A stretch of DNA of 64,000 nt, taken from positions 31,838,949-31,902,948 of the forward strand of contig NC_068994.1 in the NCBI RefSeq assembly GCF_001194135.2, given 5' to 3'. The notes under the pieces are model-generated. The model saw nothing but the letters and a program-made list of their open reading frames with translations. It ran no database searches and was not told where the DNA came from. The DNA is from Octopus bimaculoides. Lineage: Eukaryota. This document shows, in pieces, positions 1 to 11,234 of this stretch. The first letter of the stretch is position 1; each line of letters opens with the position of its first letter. The translations under genes and the position numbers were made by a program.

Positions 1-51
1 TCCATATATATATATGTATATACATACATATATATATGTAAAATACACCAT

Positions 52-289
52 TTCGAGCTTGGCCGTTGCCAGTACCCGCTTGACTGGCCCTCATGCTGGT
101 GGCACATAAAAGCACCCACTACACTCTTGGAGTGATTGGCGTTAGGAAATGCATCCAGTTGTAGAAACTCTGCCAAATCAGATTGGAGCCTGGTGTCACC
201 TCCTGGTCCACCAGTCCTCAGTCAAATTGTCCAACCCATGCTAGCATGGAAAGCGGACGTTAAACGACAATGATGATGATGATGATGAT
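52..289 (+). mobile_element. Family A element (RTE 3'UTR-type tail, 5'-truncated LINE copy or SINE)
   Basis: AAAGCACCCACTACACTC..GGCGTTAGGAAATGCATCCAG..CCAACCCATGCTAGCATGGAAAGCGGACGTTAAACG followed by a (GAT)n tail; near-identical text at 9880, 14220 and 35300(-). Confidence 0.9.
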
Positions 290-307
290 ATATATATATA
301 TATATCT

Positions 308-480
308 TCATCATCATCCTTTAACATCCACCTTCCAAGTTGGTATGGGTTGGACGGTTTGATAGGAGCTGGCTCTGTTTTGGCATGATTTTTACAGCTG
401 GATGCCCTTCCAAATGCCAACCACCCTGCAGAGTGGACTGAGTGCATTTTACATGGCACCTGCAAAGGTGAGGTCAGGTT
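308..480 (-). mobile_element. Family A element, tail-to-tail with the copy at 52-289
   Basis: Reverse complement of the A tail: CATCATCATCCTTTAACATCC..ACAGCTGGATGCCCTTCCAAATGCCAACCAC. Confidence 0.85.
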
Positions 481-554
481 TGACATGTTTTTTACAGCTG
501 GATGCTCTTTGAGAGAGAGAGAAAGAGAGAAAGAGAGAGAGAGTACATATGGGT

Positions 555-720
555 AAGATGGTTTGACTGGAGCTGGAAAGTCAGAGAGCTGCACCAAACT
601 CTAGTATGTTTTGGCTTGGTTTCTTTGGCTGGATGCCCTTCCTAATGCCTACCACTCCACAGAATGTACTGGGTGTCTCTCACGTTACTGGTACAGGTGC
701 CTTGTACATGTCACCAGCAT
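555..720 (-). mobile_element. Family A element (subfamily matching 1150-1413)
   Basis: GGCTGGATGCCCTTCCTAATGCCTACCACTCC..GTACTGGGTGTCTCTCACGTTACTGGTACAGGTGCC. Confidence 0.85.
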
Positions 721-945
721 GTATGTGAGTGTGTATGGTGTACATGTATGTCTTTTTTTTTGTGTTTATCCTCCACACTGTGTAGTAGGACTGAACCTGA
801 AGCCATATGTTTGGGAAGTAATCCTTAAAATTTTGATAAATGAATGCATAAATATAAATTAATACAAAGAAAATAAAAATATAGATAAATCAGAGCAATT
901 CAATCATATACAGATGTGAAACTAACAAATGATTTGTCTCAGAGT

Positions 946-1047
946 CTTCCCTGGCTCAGGCTTCCCTGACTCAGGCTTCCCTGACTCAGGCTTCCCTGAC
1001 TCAGGCTTCCCTGACTCAGGCTTCCCTGACTCAGGCTTCCCTGACTC
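946..1047. repeat. 15-bp minisatellite (CTTCCCTGACTCAGG)x~6.8
   Basis: Five exact units at 961-1035 plus a variant first unit and a partial last unit. Confidence 0.97.
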
Positions 1048-1149
1048 TGAGTCTCATGGAGGCGATGAGAAGTGATTGAGACTTTTGGAGATTTGCTGTG
1101 CTTGAGAAGACAAGCTAAGTGAAATTGTAGTCATGGCTAATGACATGTG

Positions 1150-1383
1150 AGAGGCACCTGTGTCAGTGACATGCAAAATGCACCTGTGCTGGTGACATGT
1201 AAAAGGCACCTGTACCAGTAACATGGAAGAGACACCCAGTACACTTAATATAGAAGTTGGCATTGGGAAGGGCATCCAGCCATAGAAACCAAGCAAAAAT
1301 AGACAGGTGTCTGGTGCAGCTCTCTGACTTACCAGTTCCAGTCAAACCATCTAACCCATGCCAGCATGGAAAATAGATGCTAA

Positions 1384-1413
<30 letters not shown>
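1150..1413 (+). mobile_element. Family A element with internal ~25-bp tandem units and (GAT)n tail
   Basis: Repeated GTGACATG..GGCACCTGT units, then GGAAGGGCATCCAGCC..CCATGCCAGCATGGAAAA..TAAATGATGATG. Confidence 0.88.
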
Positions 1414-1415
<2 letters not shown>

Positions 1416-1450
1416 TCAATTCCTTTCCTTATACTGGAATCTGTTATGTG

Positions 1451-1701
1451 TGGAGGTGCATGGCTTATTGGTTAGAGTATTGGACTCGTGATTGTAAGAC
1501 TGTTGTTTCAATTCTTGGACTGGGTGATGTGTTGTGTTCTTGAGCAAAACACTTTGTTTCATGTTGCTCCAGTCCACTCAGCTGGCAAAAATGAGTAATC
1601 TTGCAACAGACCTATGTTCTATCCGGGTGCAGAATATATATGCCATGAAACCGGGAAACTGGCCCTTGTAATCAGCATGACTGAAGAAGGTAACTTTACC
1701 T
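1451..1701 (+). mobile_element. tRNA-headed CORE-type SINE
   Basis: Degenerate A/B-box head (TGGCTTATTGG..GTTTCAATTC), then TGTGTTCTTGAGCAAAACACTTT..CTCCAGTCCACTCAGCTGG, which resembles the CORE domain; second partial copy at ~57008-57140. Confidence 0.65.
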
Positions 1702-2669
1702 AATTTGTTATGTGCAAAAGTACTTGTGAACATCCTCTGTGTTTGAAGAGTCAAGAAATATCCCATATCATCAGGCTTTGCTTGTTTCATGAGATGATAA
1801 TTTGTCTGTGCCTATTTTCAATATTAGTCTATCATTGGAGTGTCCGTCACGTTCTGGATCAATTTTTACCCCTCATTTGACACATCGTCTTCTTTACCTT
1901 CCTCCAGGCTTTTCATTAGATCTTTCAGGAGCTTGTCAGTACTTCAAAGCAACTGTGAAAAATCATGTCAATCTGGAGGGGTGTGTGCTTCTCTTCAAAG
2001 CATCTTACACACTTTATGTTCTGGGCTTATTTCTTTTCATCGGTGCCTTTCTACTTCCTGTTGATTTCCACAACAATTTGCCACAGTCTTCCAAGGTCCA
2101 TTTGCTTCCCATTGTTACAAGACATTGGGATGGTACTACTGGACAGGGGGAGTCTTTTGGTTTTCTAGTCATTGGCTCCTGGCACTGAGGATGAAACAGT
2201 TTTTTCAGCTATCCACAAAGTCAACCAAATGGTGTGCTGGAAATAGCAGTTTACGTGACCAGTTCTTGTTGTCTCTCATGTAGCCTGCTATACCTTTGTT
2301 TTTTTTTCCCTCTACTTTTCTCACTTCTCTGGGCAGAAACTCCTCATGTGTCTTTTACTAATTCCTCTGGTTGCCTTGTCCTCTGTCTTGAAAACTAAAC
2401 ACGTTTCCATATACTCTACTCTGATCAATAGAAGAAGCATCATCCCACACACTGGCTTGAGCTTCTTTCAGCTGTTCTCTTGCTGTTTTTTAAGTGCAGT
2501 TATGTTACTTTCCTTCTTGCCTGTTTCTGGTTGCATTCCGCAGACAAGATGACACTGTTGTTTGTTAAATACCTCTCTCATGAATTTTTTTTCTTCCTTG
2601 AGGTGGCCCGTGTCCAGCTATTCTTTCTGGCTTGTTACGTTAAAGCTGTTATTAATGGGCTCTTTCAAA

Positions 2670-2676
2670 TGCCATT

Positions 2677-2720
<44 letters not shown>

Positions 2721-2738
2721 TAGACATACAAACATTTA

Positions 2739-2786
<48 letters not shown>

Positions 2787-2862
2787 TATATAGACATACA
2801 AACATTTGTGTGTATATATATATATATATATACACACATATATATATATAGACATAAACATT

Positions 2863-2924
<62 letters not shown>

Positions 2925-2938
2925 AATATTTGTATGTC

Positions 2939-2969
<31 letters not shown>

Positions 2970-3095
2970 ATATATATTGGCATCCGGTTTCACCAGTCCT
3001 CAGTCAAATCGTCCAACCCATGCCAGCATGGAAAGCGGACGTTAAACGATGATGATGATGATGATGATATATATATATATAGACATACAAATATT

Positions 3096-3155
<60 letters not shown>

Positions 3156-3170
3156 TATATATATATATTT
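2670..3170. repeat. Compound (TA)n tract with recurring ATAGACATAC(A)AA(C/T)ATTT motif and an embedded family A tail fragment (2978-3068)
   Basis: Motif at ~2720, 2789, 2848 and 3079, and inverted at 2920. Confidence 0.9.
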
Positions 3171-3509
3171 ATATTGCAAAACGTGGGTCTATATACATTG
3201 CAGATACTACCTTTGTGCAACCCTTACTCTCCTATGATCATTGTACTTGATGGTATGATTATAAATATTTTTCGAAAACTGTATAAGGCAAACATTTCTG
3301 CTTCAAAGCATAAAGTCTTTTCCTTCCTGATCAGAGGAAGGGAAAAAAACACACGAAAATTCTCTCCATCTTTTTCTTAATGTCATGAATCCGCATAAGC
3401 ATGACTGAAAAAGAAGCCCAGTTTGGAAAGTAAACTGATATTCTTCAGATACACATGAACTTGTGAAAAAAAAATTCACTTATAACTAGCAACTCTAAAA
3501 ATAATAAAA

Positions 3510-3735
3510 ATTTCTAATTTGGGGCAAAAAGCCAGCGATTTGAGAAGCGGGTGGGGGTGAGGGGATGATGTTAATTGATAGTATCAACCTGGGTACCTGA
3601 CTAGTACTCTAGTTTATCAACTCTGAAAGGTAAAAAAGCTGAGTTGACCTCAGTGGGGTTTGAACTAAGAAAATAAAGGGCTGTGCCTATGTGCTACAAG
3701 GCATTTTCTTTGACACTCTAACAATTATGCCAATC
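3510..3735 (-). mobile_element. Family B SINE (degenerate)
   Basis: ..AGTTGACCTCAGTGGGGTTTGAACT.. and TTTATCAACTCTGAAAGG match the reverse complement of the B consensus seen at 25418. Confidence 0.7.
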
Positions 3736-3746
3736 CATTGTCTTTA

Positions 3747-3802
<56 letters not shown>

Positions 3803-3813
3803 TTACTACTACT

Positions 3814-4064
3814 GTTTTCTTTATTGGTCACAAGGGCTGAACACAACATATAGGGACTATACAACACAAGGGTTAAGTGGGATTTGGCACAATATTGTGT
3901 ATAAAATAAATAATAATTTGCAACAAAATTAAACCATAAAAGTCTCCCATAAGCAGGGTGTTCCTCTCCGGGACAATCTAGGATCCCTACACATCCTGGT
4001 TACCCTGATTCTTCCGGTTTATGAGTGAATGTTCAGAGTAAGCCCATTCACATGGGCCATCCTT
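3814..4064 (-). mobile_element. 3' end of a non-LTR retrotransposon, probably L1/Tx1-like
   Basis: Minus strand reads RMAHVNGLTLNIHS*, then a T-rich 3'UTR, AATAAA and an (AGT)n tail (3747-3813). The clade call is from recall only. Confidence 0.5.
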
Positions 4065-4100
4065 ACAACAACAACAACAACAACAACAATAATAATAATA

Positions 4101-4487
4101 ATGGAAGAAATTAAAAAAATAGTGCTCATGGGAAATGCTCATATCCTAAGAAAAATATTGTCTATGTGATTCTAAAAACATTTAAATCTAGGAACATTAT
4201 CAAAAGTACTTTTAAATGTACATAACAGTAAACACCTTTTACTGTCATCTGAAGATCACACTATCATCTTACCATCAAATTATCTTTCAAACAAACTTTT
4301 AATATTTTCTTATGTCTTGACAGACACTCTCAAGAACAATGCTGTGCAAAACCAAAAATATGGTACCCTAGTCATAATACCAACTTGAACTTCTAACTTG
4401 TCTCTTGAGGTCTCTGGGGTGAGACCTGGAGTCAACTTGAGCAAACACAAAGCAAAAACCAACATACAATAATAATAATAATAATAA
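4101..4487 (+). mobile_element. 5'-truncated R4/Dong-type (RLE) non-LTR retrotransposon 3' end within a (TAA)n tract
   Basis: 4101-4169 encodes MEEIKKIVLMGNAHILRKILSM*, like the R4/Dong ORF terminus (..QKxxLLGTAxILRKVL). The 3'UTR ends TTGTCTCTTGAGGTCTCTGG..CAAACAC..AACATAC then (TAA)n, and (TAA)n also lies 5'. Confidence 0.75.
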
Positions 4488-5189
4488 CAAATTCTTTTGA
4501 TATTCATTCTTAAAAGAGTCCTCAAAGTTTGAACCAATAGTAACCATGTTATCAGTGAACATATTGTTGTTATTGTCATTGTTATTGTTGTTGTTATTTA
4601 ATTCGAGGTCAGTCTTGGTTCAGTAAACCAATGATTAGGGATATTCTGAAGTCGAGTGACCTATGCTTTTGTATGTCCAGGACTGTTACATTATCCAGCA
4701 TATTATCATTTTTATGTTTTTAAGACAATAGGGCATGATTGGACCATCCTCCTCTGCTTGTGGCCATTAAAAAAGTATACCTGTATATATCTATATCCAC
4801 ACACACACACACACACACTGTTTATATATATTGTTATATAACTTATTTATATATATCGTTATATAACTTATACTGCTAATGCTAAATGAATGACTATTTG
4901 TCATCATTGTCATTTCGATATTCACTTTTTTATGTTCGCATGAGTTGAACAGATTTAATTGAGGCACAGTTCCTGCAGTTGGCTGCCCTTTCCTGTTACC
5001 TACCCTCACTTATTTCCATGCAAGGCAATATTTCCCCATGACCAGGCTACCACATGATATCTAGACAAGAAGACACAAATACATGTGCACCTATACACAT
5101 GCACATGCATATGCATATGTGTGTGTGTGTGTGTGTATACACACACGCACATAAGTATGTATTTATATATATATACACACACACATATA

Positions 5190-5352
5190 TGCATGTTGGG
5201 ATTTCAGTTTCCATCTACCAAATCCAATGTATTAGTCTTTGGCCAGCCTGTGGCTATAATAGAAAACAGTTGCCCAAGGTGCCATGCAGTGGGACTTGAA
5301 CCCAGAACCATGTGGCTGAGAAGCAAATTTCTTAACCACGCAGCCACACCTG
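5190..5352 (-). mobile_element. Family C SINE 5' half
   Basis: TTTCAGTTTCCATCTACCAAATCC..GCCCAAGGTGCCATGCAGTGGGACTTGAACCCAGAACCATGTGG. Confidence 0.85.
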
Positions 5353-6655
5353 CTATGTGGAAGAGAAAAATAACATAGTTAAAATAAAATAACTGAAAAA
5401 TAAATTTAAATACTTAACTTGGGTGACCGAGATGAAAGGAAGGTACATGTCATATAGTCAGATACAAGGCCAATAAGTTATAGATATAGATAGATAGTTC
5501 AAATCTTGTTGGTTGGCCTGTTACTCTTTCCTGCCTCAAAATTTGTGTTTATAATAATACCAAGTATTCAAAGTATTAAAACATTAAAGCCAAATATTAT
5601 TTTACATGTAAAAAAATGTGGAACAATTTGTTTTTGCAATATTTGTCAATAATTCTGGAAGATAATAATTCTGCTCTTAAATTTCATTGCAGTAGAACTC
5701 CTCTGAAAATTCTGTTAAAAATAAAAGTTTTGAGTTCAAATCTAACCAAAGGATATATGTGCATGTTTGTGTGTGCATACTTTATATGTATGTATGCATG
5801 CATGCATGTATGTAGATGTGTATGTATGCATGTATATGCGTCTGTATATATGTATATGTGTGCGTATGTGTAGGTGTGTGTGTATATATACATACATATA
5901 TATGCGTATGCATGTATATGCGTATGTATGGATGTATATGTGTGTTTATATATATATATATATTTATATATATGCATATACATATTCATATGTTGTTAGC
6001 CATAGACAATCAGAAGAAATACTAAAATGTTTTAGAAGAAAAAATAAAAAAAACAAACAAAAAGCAAAAAAAATTAAAAAAACCCAATCAAACAAAAATG
6101 TTATGTTAAAAATATTTTGGAAATGAAATATTGGTAAGGTAAATGTTGCCTTTTATCCTTAACAGTTTTGATAGAATTAAAGGATCACTTGAGTACAAGT
6201 TCTAGTCTTGGTGTAATTCAACTGTTACCCAACCACCATTAAAATTTGTGGTCTTGTGCATATTGTAAGAAATCATTAAAAATTTGTGAAACTAGGAACT
6301 ATTCTTGACAGCATTTTTAAACTTAGAAGAAAAATGGTAAGTAGTTCTTTGTTCTAATTTAATCATTTTTTAAAACTAAACCATCAAAGCTTACTGATAT
6401 AATAGTCATCATCTTCATCATCATCTTCACTGTTGTCATTGTGTTAACATCCACTTTTCCATGCTTGCATGAGTTGGGCTGACTTTGTCTACGACCACAT
6501 GCCCTTCCTGTCACCAACCCTCACCTCTTTTCAAGCAAAGTAATATTTCCCCATGGTCAGGCATGTTTTCCATGGAAGGCTTGAGATGAACAACATTGCT
6601 CATATGAAGATCACTCATTTACAACTATTACATGATGGTCAAGATAAAGATGTGG

Positions 6656-6694
<39 letters not shown>

Positions 6695-6736
6695 GGTTTA
6701 GTGATGCAAAGAGGAAAAATAGAATTCAAAACATGG

Positions 6737-6773
<37 letters not shown>

Positions 6774-7023
6774 GATATATAAACTTTAAATAGAGCTCAA
6801 AACTGATCCATTGAAAATACTTTATTATAATAACAATAATAACAATAATGAAAATGACCTATGAACATTTCGATGGAACATCCAGAATGATTAATACATA
6901 TGAAATATTATAAAATATTATAAAATATAATAAAATATAGGATAAAACTGTGAGTATTTTGCTAAGATTGTTAACAGATACTATATTCTTTTGCCAAATT
7001 TTTGGTGTAAAAAATATATTTAA

Positions 7024-7069
<46 letters not shown>

Positions 7070-8983
7070 ATTATTATTATTATCATTATTATTATTAATA
7101 TTTAGCAGAAGCAACAAAGTGACTCAAGGGCCAAACCCTAGGCTATACAGGAAGGCACATGCCCAAGGTACCATGCAGTGGGACTGGACCGGGAACCATG
7201 TGGTTGGGAAGTAAGCTTTTTACCCCACAGCTACACCTATGTTTATATTTATATCAAAATTTCAATTCAAATCTTAAAAGCATGACATGACTGCCAGTAA
7301 GTGAGTGTAATTATGTATGCAATTGTGTGCGTGTGTGTGTGCACATAACAGATGTGGATACAGAGTTTGCTTTGTTACCATGTGGTTTGAAATTTTATCT
7401 CATTTGTACCTTGAGCAAATGTCTTCTATAATACAGTTTCCATCTATGAATTATTTTCATTAAATATTGTGAATGAAATTGGTAGATGGAAACTGTATGG
7501 AAGTCTGCTGTATATGTATATATTGTGAAGACCTCTTAGTCTTGTGAAAAGTATGAAATCTCTCTCATGTTGAAGCCACAAAAACATCCAGTACCCTCTG
7601 CAAGATGGTTGGTGATAGGAAAGGCATCCAGCCATAGAAACAAAGCTAAAAATGAAAAGCAAATGAGGCAAGGGCCCCAAACCCATCTAAGTGAGCTGTA
7701 CCCCCACTGAATATGGACTGACTCATTCGTGATGACCTGTCCAGTTCATGTCAGCATAGAAAGCAGATGTTTGATGATGATGATGATAATGATGATGTGA
7801 GTGCGTGTGAGAATGCTTGCATTTCTCATTTTGTATGGAAAGTGCTGATCTATAAATGGTGATGTTTATTGACATTACTATCACCACAGTTGTCCTTTGT
7901 GCTTGAAAACTGTAGGATAGAAAAAAAACAGGTTTGTGAGAAGTAATACATTTGTGAAACAATGCCTCAGTACTATGTATTTATTCGTCCCATACTAATA
8001 TGGAGGAAAATGAATTAATGAATGACCATTTAGGACAAAAAACAGAACAGCTTCTCTCATGTATTTCAACTACATACCTGTTGTAGATATGAGGTCCAAG
8101 TCTCGTGGGAGAGTTTGTATATGCATCATCATGCATATGTATATAAATGTTAACATATGTTTATTATTTTAATGAGAGGGAGGAAAAGTTAAAAAGATAG
8201 AGAAAGTGAAAGATTAATAGGAATAGAGGCAGTAAACAAAAAAGAGATGGAAAGAGAAGGAGATAGACATCATCAACTTGCTATCTCACAGGGCAAGATT
8301 AAAAATATCAATTATTTTGCAGTGAATTAAAACTAGTTCTCTGATTGAATTTTGCCGTCGAATTCTGCAATGATAAATACTTTGAAAACCACATTTTGAT
8401 AAAAATATATTAAAATTTGAATTTTCAAGAATTTTCTAGGCAGTGTAGAATTTAATAATTGCTTTCTTTTAGTAAAAGTTATAAACTTATAACTAATTGA
8501 TAAGCAGCTTTCTTTATTATAGTATAGATATAAGCCAGTTCCAGAATAGCAACAGAACACTTACTAATGGAATGACTCAATACTGAGAATAGAATCAAAT
8601 TTATTCATAAAGTTGACTGGGACTTCGAGTTTCATCTATCAGTTTGTTCAGCATGGTTGAACAAGCCAACAATGATTCTTGAAGTCCTAGTTAACTTGAT
8701 CTTTACAATAAATATGTACGTATATGTATGTTTGCAAACATGTTTTATGTATGTATATATGTATGTATGTATAACAGCTTAATGTATCATGAAATAAAAG
8801 CTAGTATTATTTTATTAATATCTCCAAATTTTTAATATTTAAAAAAATGTACCATTAATTAATTGAAAGACTAAAAGAATTTCTTGTCTCAAACAAAACG
8901 TTTAACAAAACATTATTACAGAATAAATCACACAGAACATATCTTGTAATTATGATGTTATTATGTGCATGTATGCTATTATA

Positions 8984-9377
8984 AGTGGAGGCGCAATGGC
9001 CCAGTGGTTAGGGCAGTGGACTCGCGGTTATAGGATTGCGGTTATAGGATCGCGGTTTCGATTCCCAGACTGGGCGTTGTGAGTGTTTATTGAGTTAAAA
9101 CACCTAAAGCTTCACGAGGCTCCGGCAGGGGATGGTGGCAAACCCTGCTGTACTCTTTCACCACGACTTTCTCTCACTCTTACTTCCTATTTCTGTTGTG
9201 CCTGTAATTCAAAGGGTCAGCCTTGTCACACTGTGTCACGCTGAATATCCCCGAGAACTGCGTTAAGGGTACACGTGTCTGTGGAGTGCTCAGCCACTTG
9301 CACGTTAATTTCACGAGCAGGCTGTTTCGGATCAACTGGAACCCTTGACGTCGTAAGCAACAGAGTGCCAACAACAA
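8984..9377 (+). mobile_element. Family D tRNA-headed SINE, full length, with 9-bp TSD
   Basis: A box TGGCCCAGTGG, B box GGTTTCGATTCC, (CAA)n tail; GCTATTATA at 8975-8983 and 9378-9386; highly similar to 49629(-) and 57985(+). Confidence 0.93.
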
Positions 9378-9879
9378 GCTATTATATGATATAACGGTGT
9401 GTGTGTGTGTGTAAAAAGGAAACCATAGCTGTAAGTTGCAAGCAAATATGATCTGGTAGCATATACCTGCTTTCACAACATGTTTGAAGTGCCTCTGTAG
9501 TGATGAACAGACATAGACATTTTGTTAAACCTCCCATTCCAGCAGAACATGGAGGATGTGACAGGTGGAGGGAGAAAAAGCTGCACCAGTACTTGCCTGA
9601 AATTCATTTTTCAGCTGAGTAGATTATTGGACATGTGAAATAAAGCACCTTGCTTAAGGGTGCAGTATGCTGCTTGGTCTGGGAATTCACCTATGATCCT
9701 GAGTGCAGTACCCTCTTACTACTGAAGTCAATTTTGCCTTTCATCCTTCTGGGGTCAATAAGCTCAAGTACCAATCATGTACTGAGATTTGATCTGATTA
9801 AACCCCTCCCCTCCCCAAATATGTGACCCTGTAGATTTGTGAGAAACAATTATTATTATTATTATTATTAATATTATTA

Positions 9880-10050
9880 CACTCTTGGAGTGATTGGCTT
9901 TAGGAAGGGCATCCAGCTGTAGAAACTCTGCCAAATCAGATTGGAGCCTGGTGTAGCCATCTGGTTTCACCAGTCCTCAGTCAAATCATCCAACCCATGC
10001 TAGCATGGAAAGCGAACGTTAAACGACAACAATGATGATGATGATGATGA
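9880..10050 (+). mobile_element. Family A tail
   Basis: Near-identical to 120-289, with (GAT)n tail. Confidence 0.88.
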
Positions 10051-10051
10051 T

Positions 10052-10265
10052 TAAAGTGGTGAGCTGGCAGAATTGTTAGCACACCGGGTAAACTGCTTGA
10101 CAGCATTTCATCCGTCCTTACATTCTGAGTTCAAACCCCGCTGAAGTTGACTTTGCTTTCATTCTTTCAGAGTTGATGAAATAAGTATCAGTTGAGCACT
10201 AGGGTTGGTGTAATTGGTTTCTCCCTCCCCCCCAAATGTCAGGCCTTGTGCCTATAGCAGAAAAG

Positions 10266-10304
<39 letters not shown>

Positions 10305-10305
10305 T
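10052..10305 (+). mobile_element. Family B SINE with (ATT)n tail
   Basis: GAGCTGGCAGAATTGTTAGC..GAGTTCAAACCCC..GGCCTTGTGCCTATAGCAGAAAAGATTATTATT. Confidence 0.85.
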
Positions 10306-10732
10306 TTTTTTTTTTTTTTTTTTTTTTTTGATGAGTTAAGAAATGGGGTCCAGAATGGTCTTTAGGGCATTGTTTTATTGTTCGGTCGCAGACCTTTTAC
10401 ATTTCTTGTAAACATCTGAGTCCTTGGATGTAATTGTTAAATTGTTATTGATCAAAGGCATTCCAGCCATGACAATCCAGTCTTTTTTTAATCAGGCATA
10501 ATGTTATCCAGTCTGTCTTTGTTATTGTTTAGTACCAAGTCAGTCCTTATTAACAGATATGATGAAAACTATTCTAATCATGATCATCCACTGGTTTTTT
10601 TCAGACTTAATGTAGCTAGGACTGCTTTAGCTAATGTGTCATTCCTTGTGGTTGCTGTTATTGTTTAGCTCCTGGTCAGCCTTCATGCTGCAGAGCTGTG
10701 ACCAGAGGCACTCCAGTTATGGCATGGGTACA

Positions 10733-10783
<51 letters not shown>

Positions 10784-11234
10784 GCGGTACACGTACAAAT
10801 GTACTGTATTTCACACACATGCACAAATACACACAGATATATATGCAATTATGCTGTATCTTAAATTTTCTCTCTCTCTCTCTCTCTCACACACACATAC
10901 ACACACACACATACCGCAATCACGGATTAAAGTCAATCAGGCAGAAGCTGAGCCTTTAAAAAAGAGCTTTTTACTATGGATAAAGATTGCAAGGATAAGA
11001 AATAAGTGCGATGGAAGAATAAATAGTGCATCTTGCATTGCAGGATGGGGTTGCTAGGAACTAGTAATACTAGAAGCATCACTCTCCTGTATTCCCATTC
11101 TTGACACATGGCTATAATATGAATTCAGTGACCACTGCTCAAAGTAGCAAGTATTTATGTTTATACAATCATAGGCCAACATACACAGGCATACCTTACA
11201 AGAATACACACATCATAAGATATATATATATCAA

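Noticed and set aside
946-1047. CRISPR-like array
   Set aside because: Units are contiguous with no unique spacers, there are no cas genes, and the context is eukaryotic.
2684-3380. Long ORFs such as [18 protein letters not shown] and poly-X listed in the ORF track (also 16422, 33392, 44291, 46922, 48611 and others)
   Set aside because: These are translations of dinucleotide microsatellites or N gaps, which lack stop codons by construction.
8986-9075. tRNA gene
   Set aside because: A and B boxes are present but there is no complete cloverleaf or acceptor stem, and the segment continues into a dispersed SINE body. The same applies to the B and C heads.
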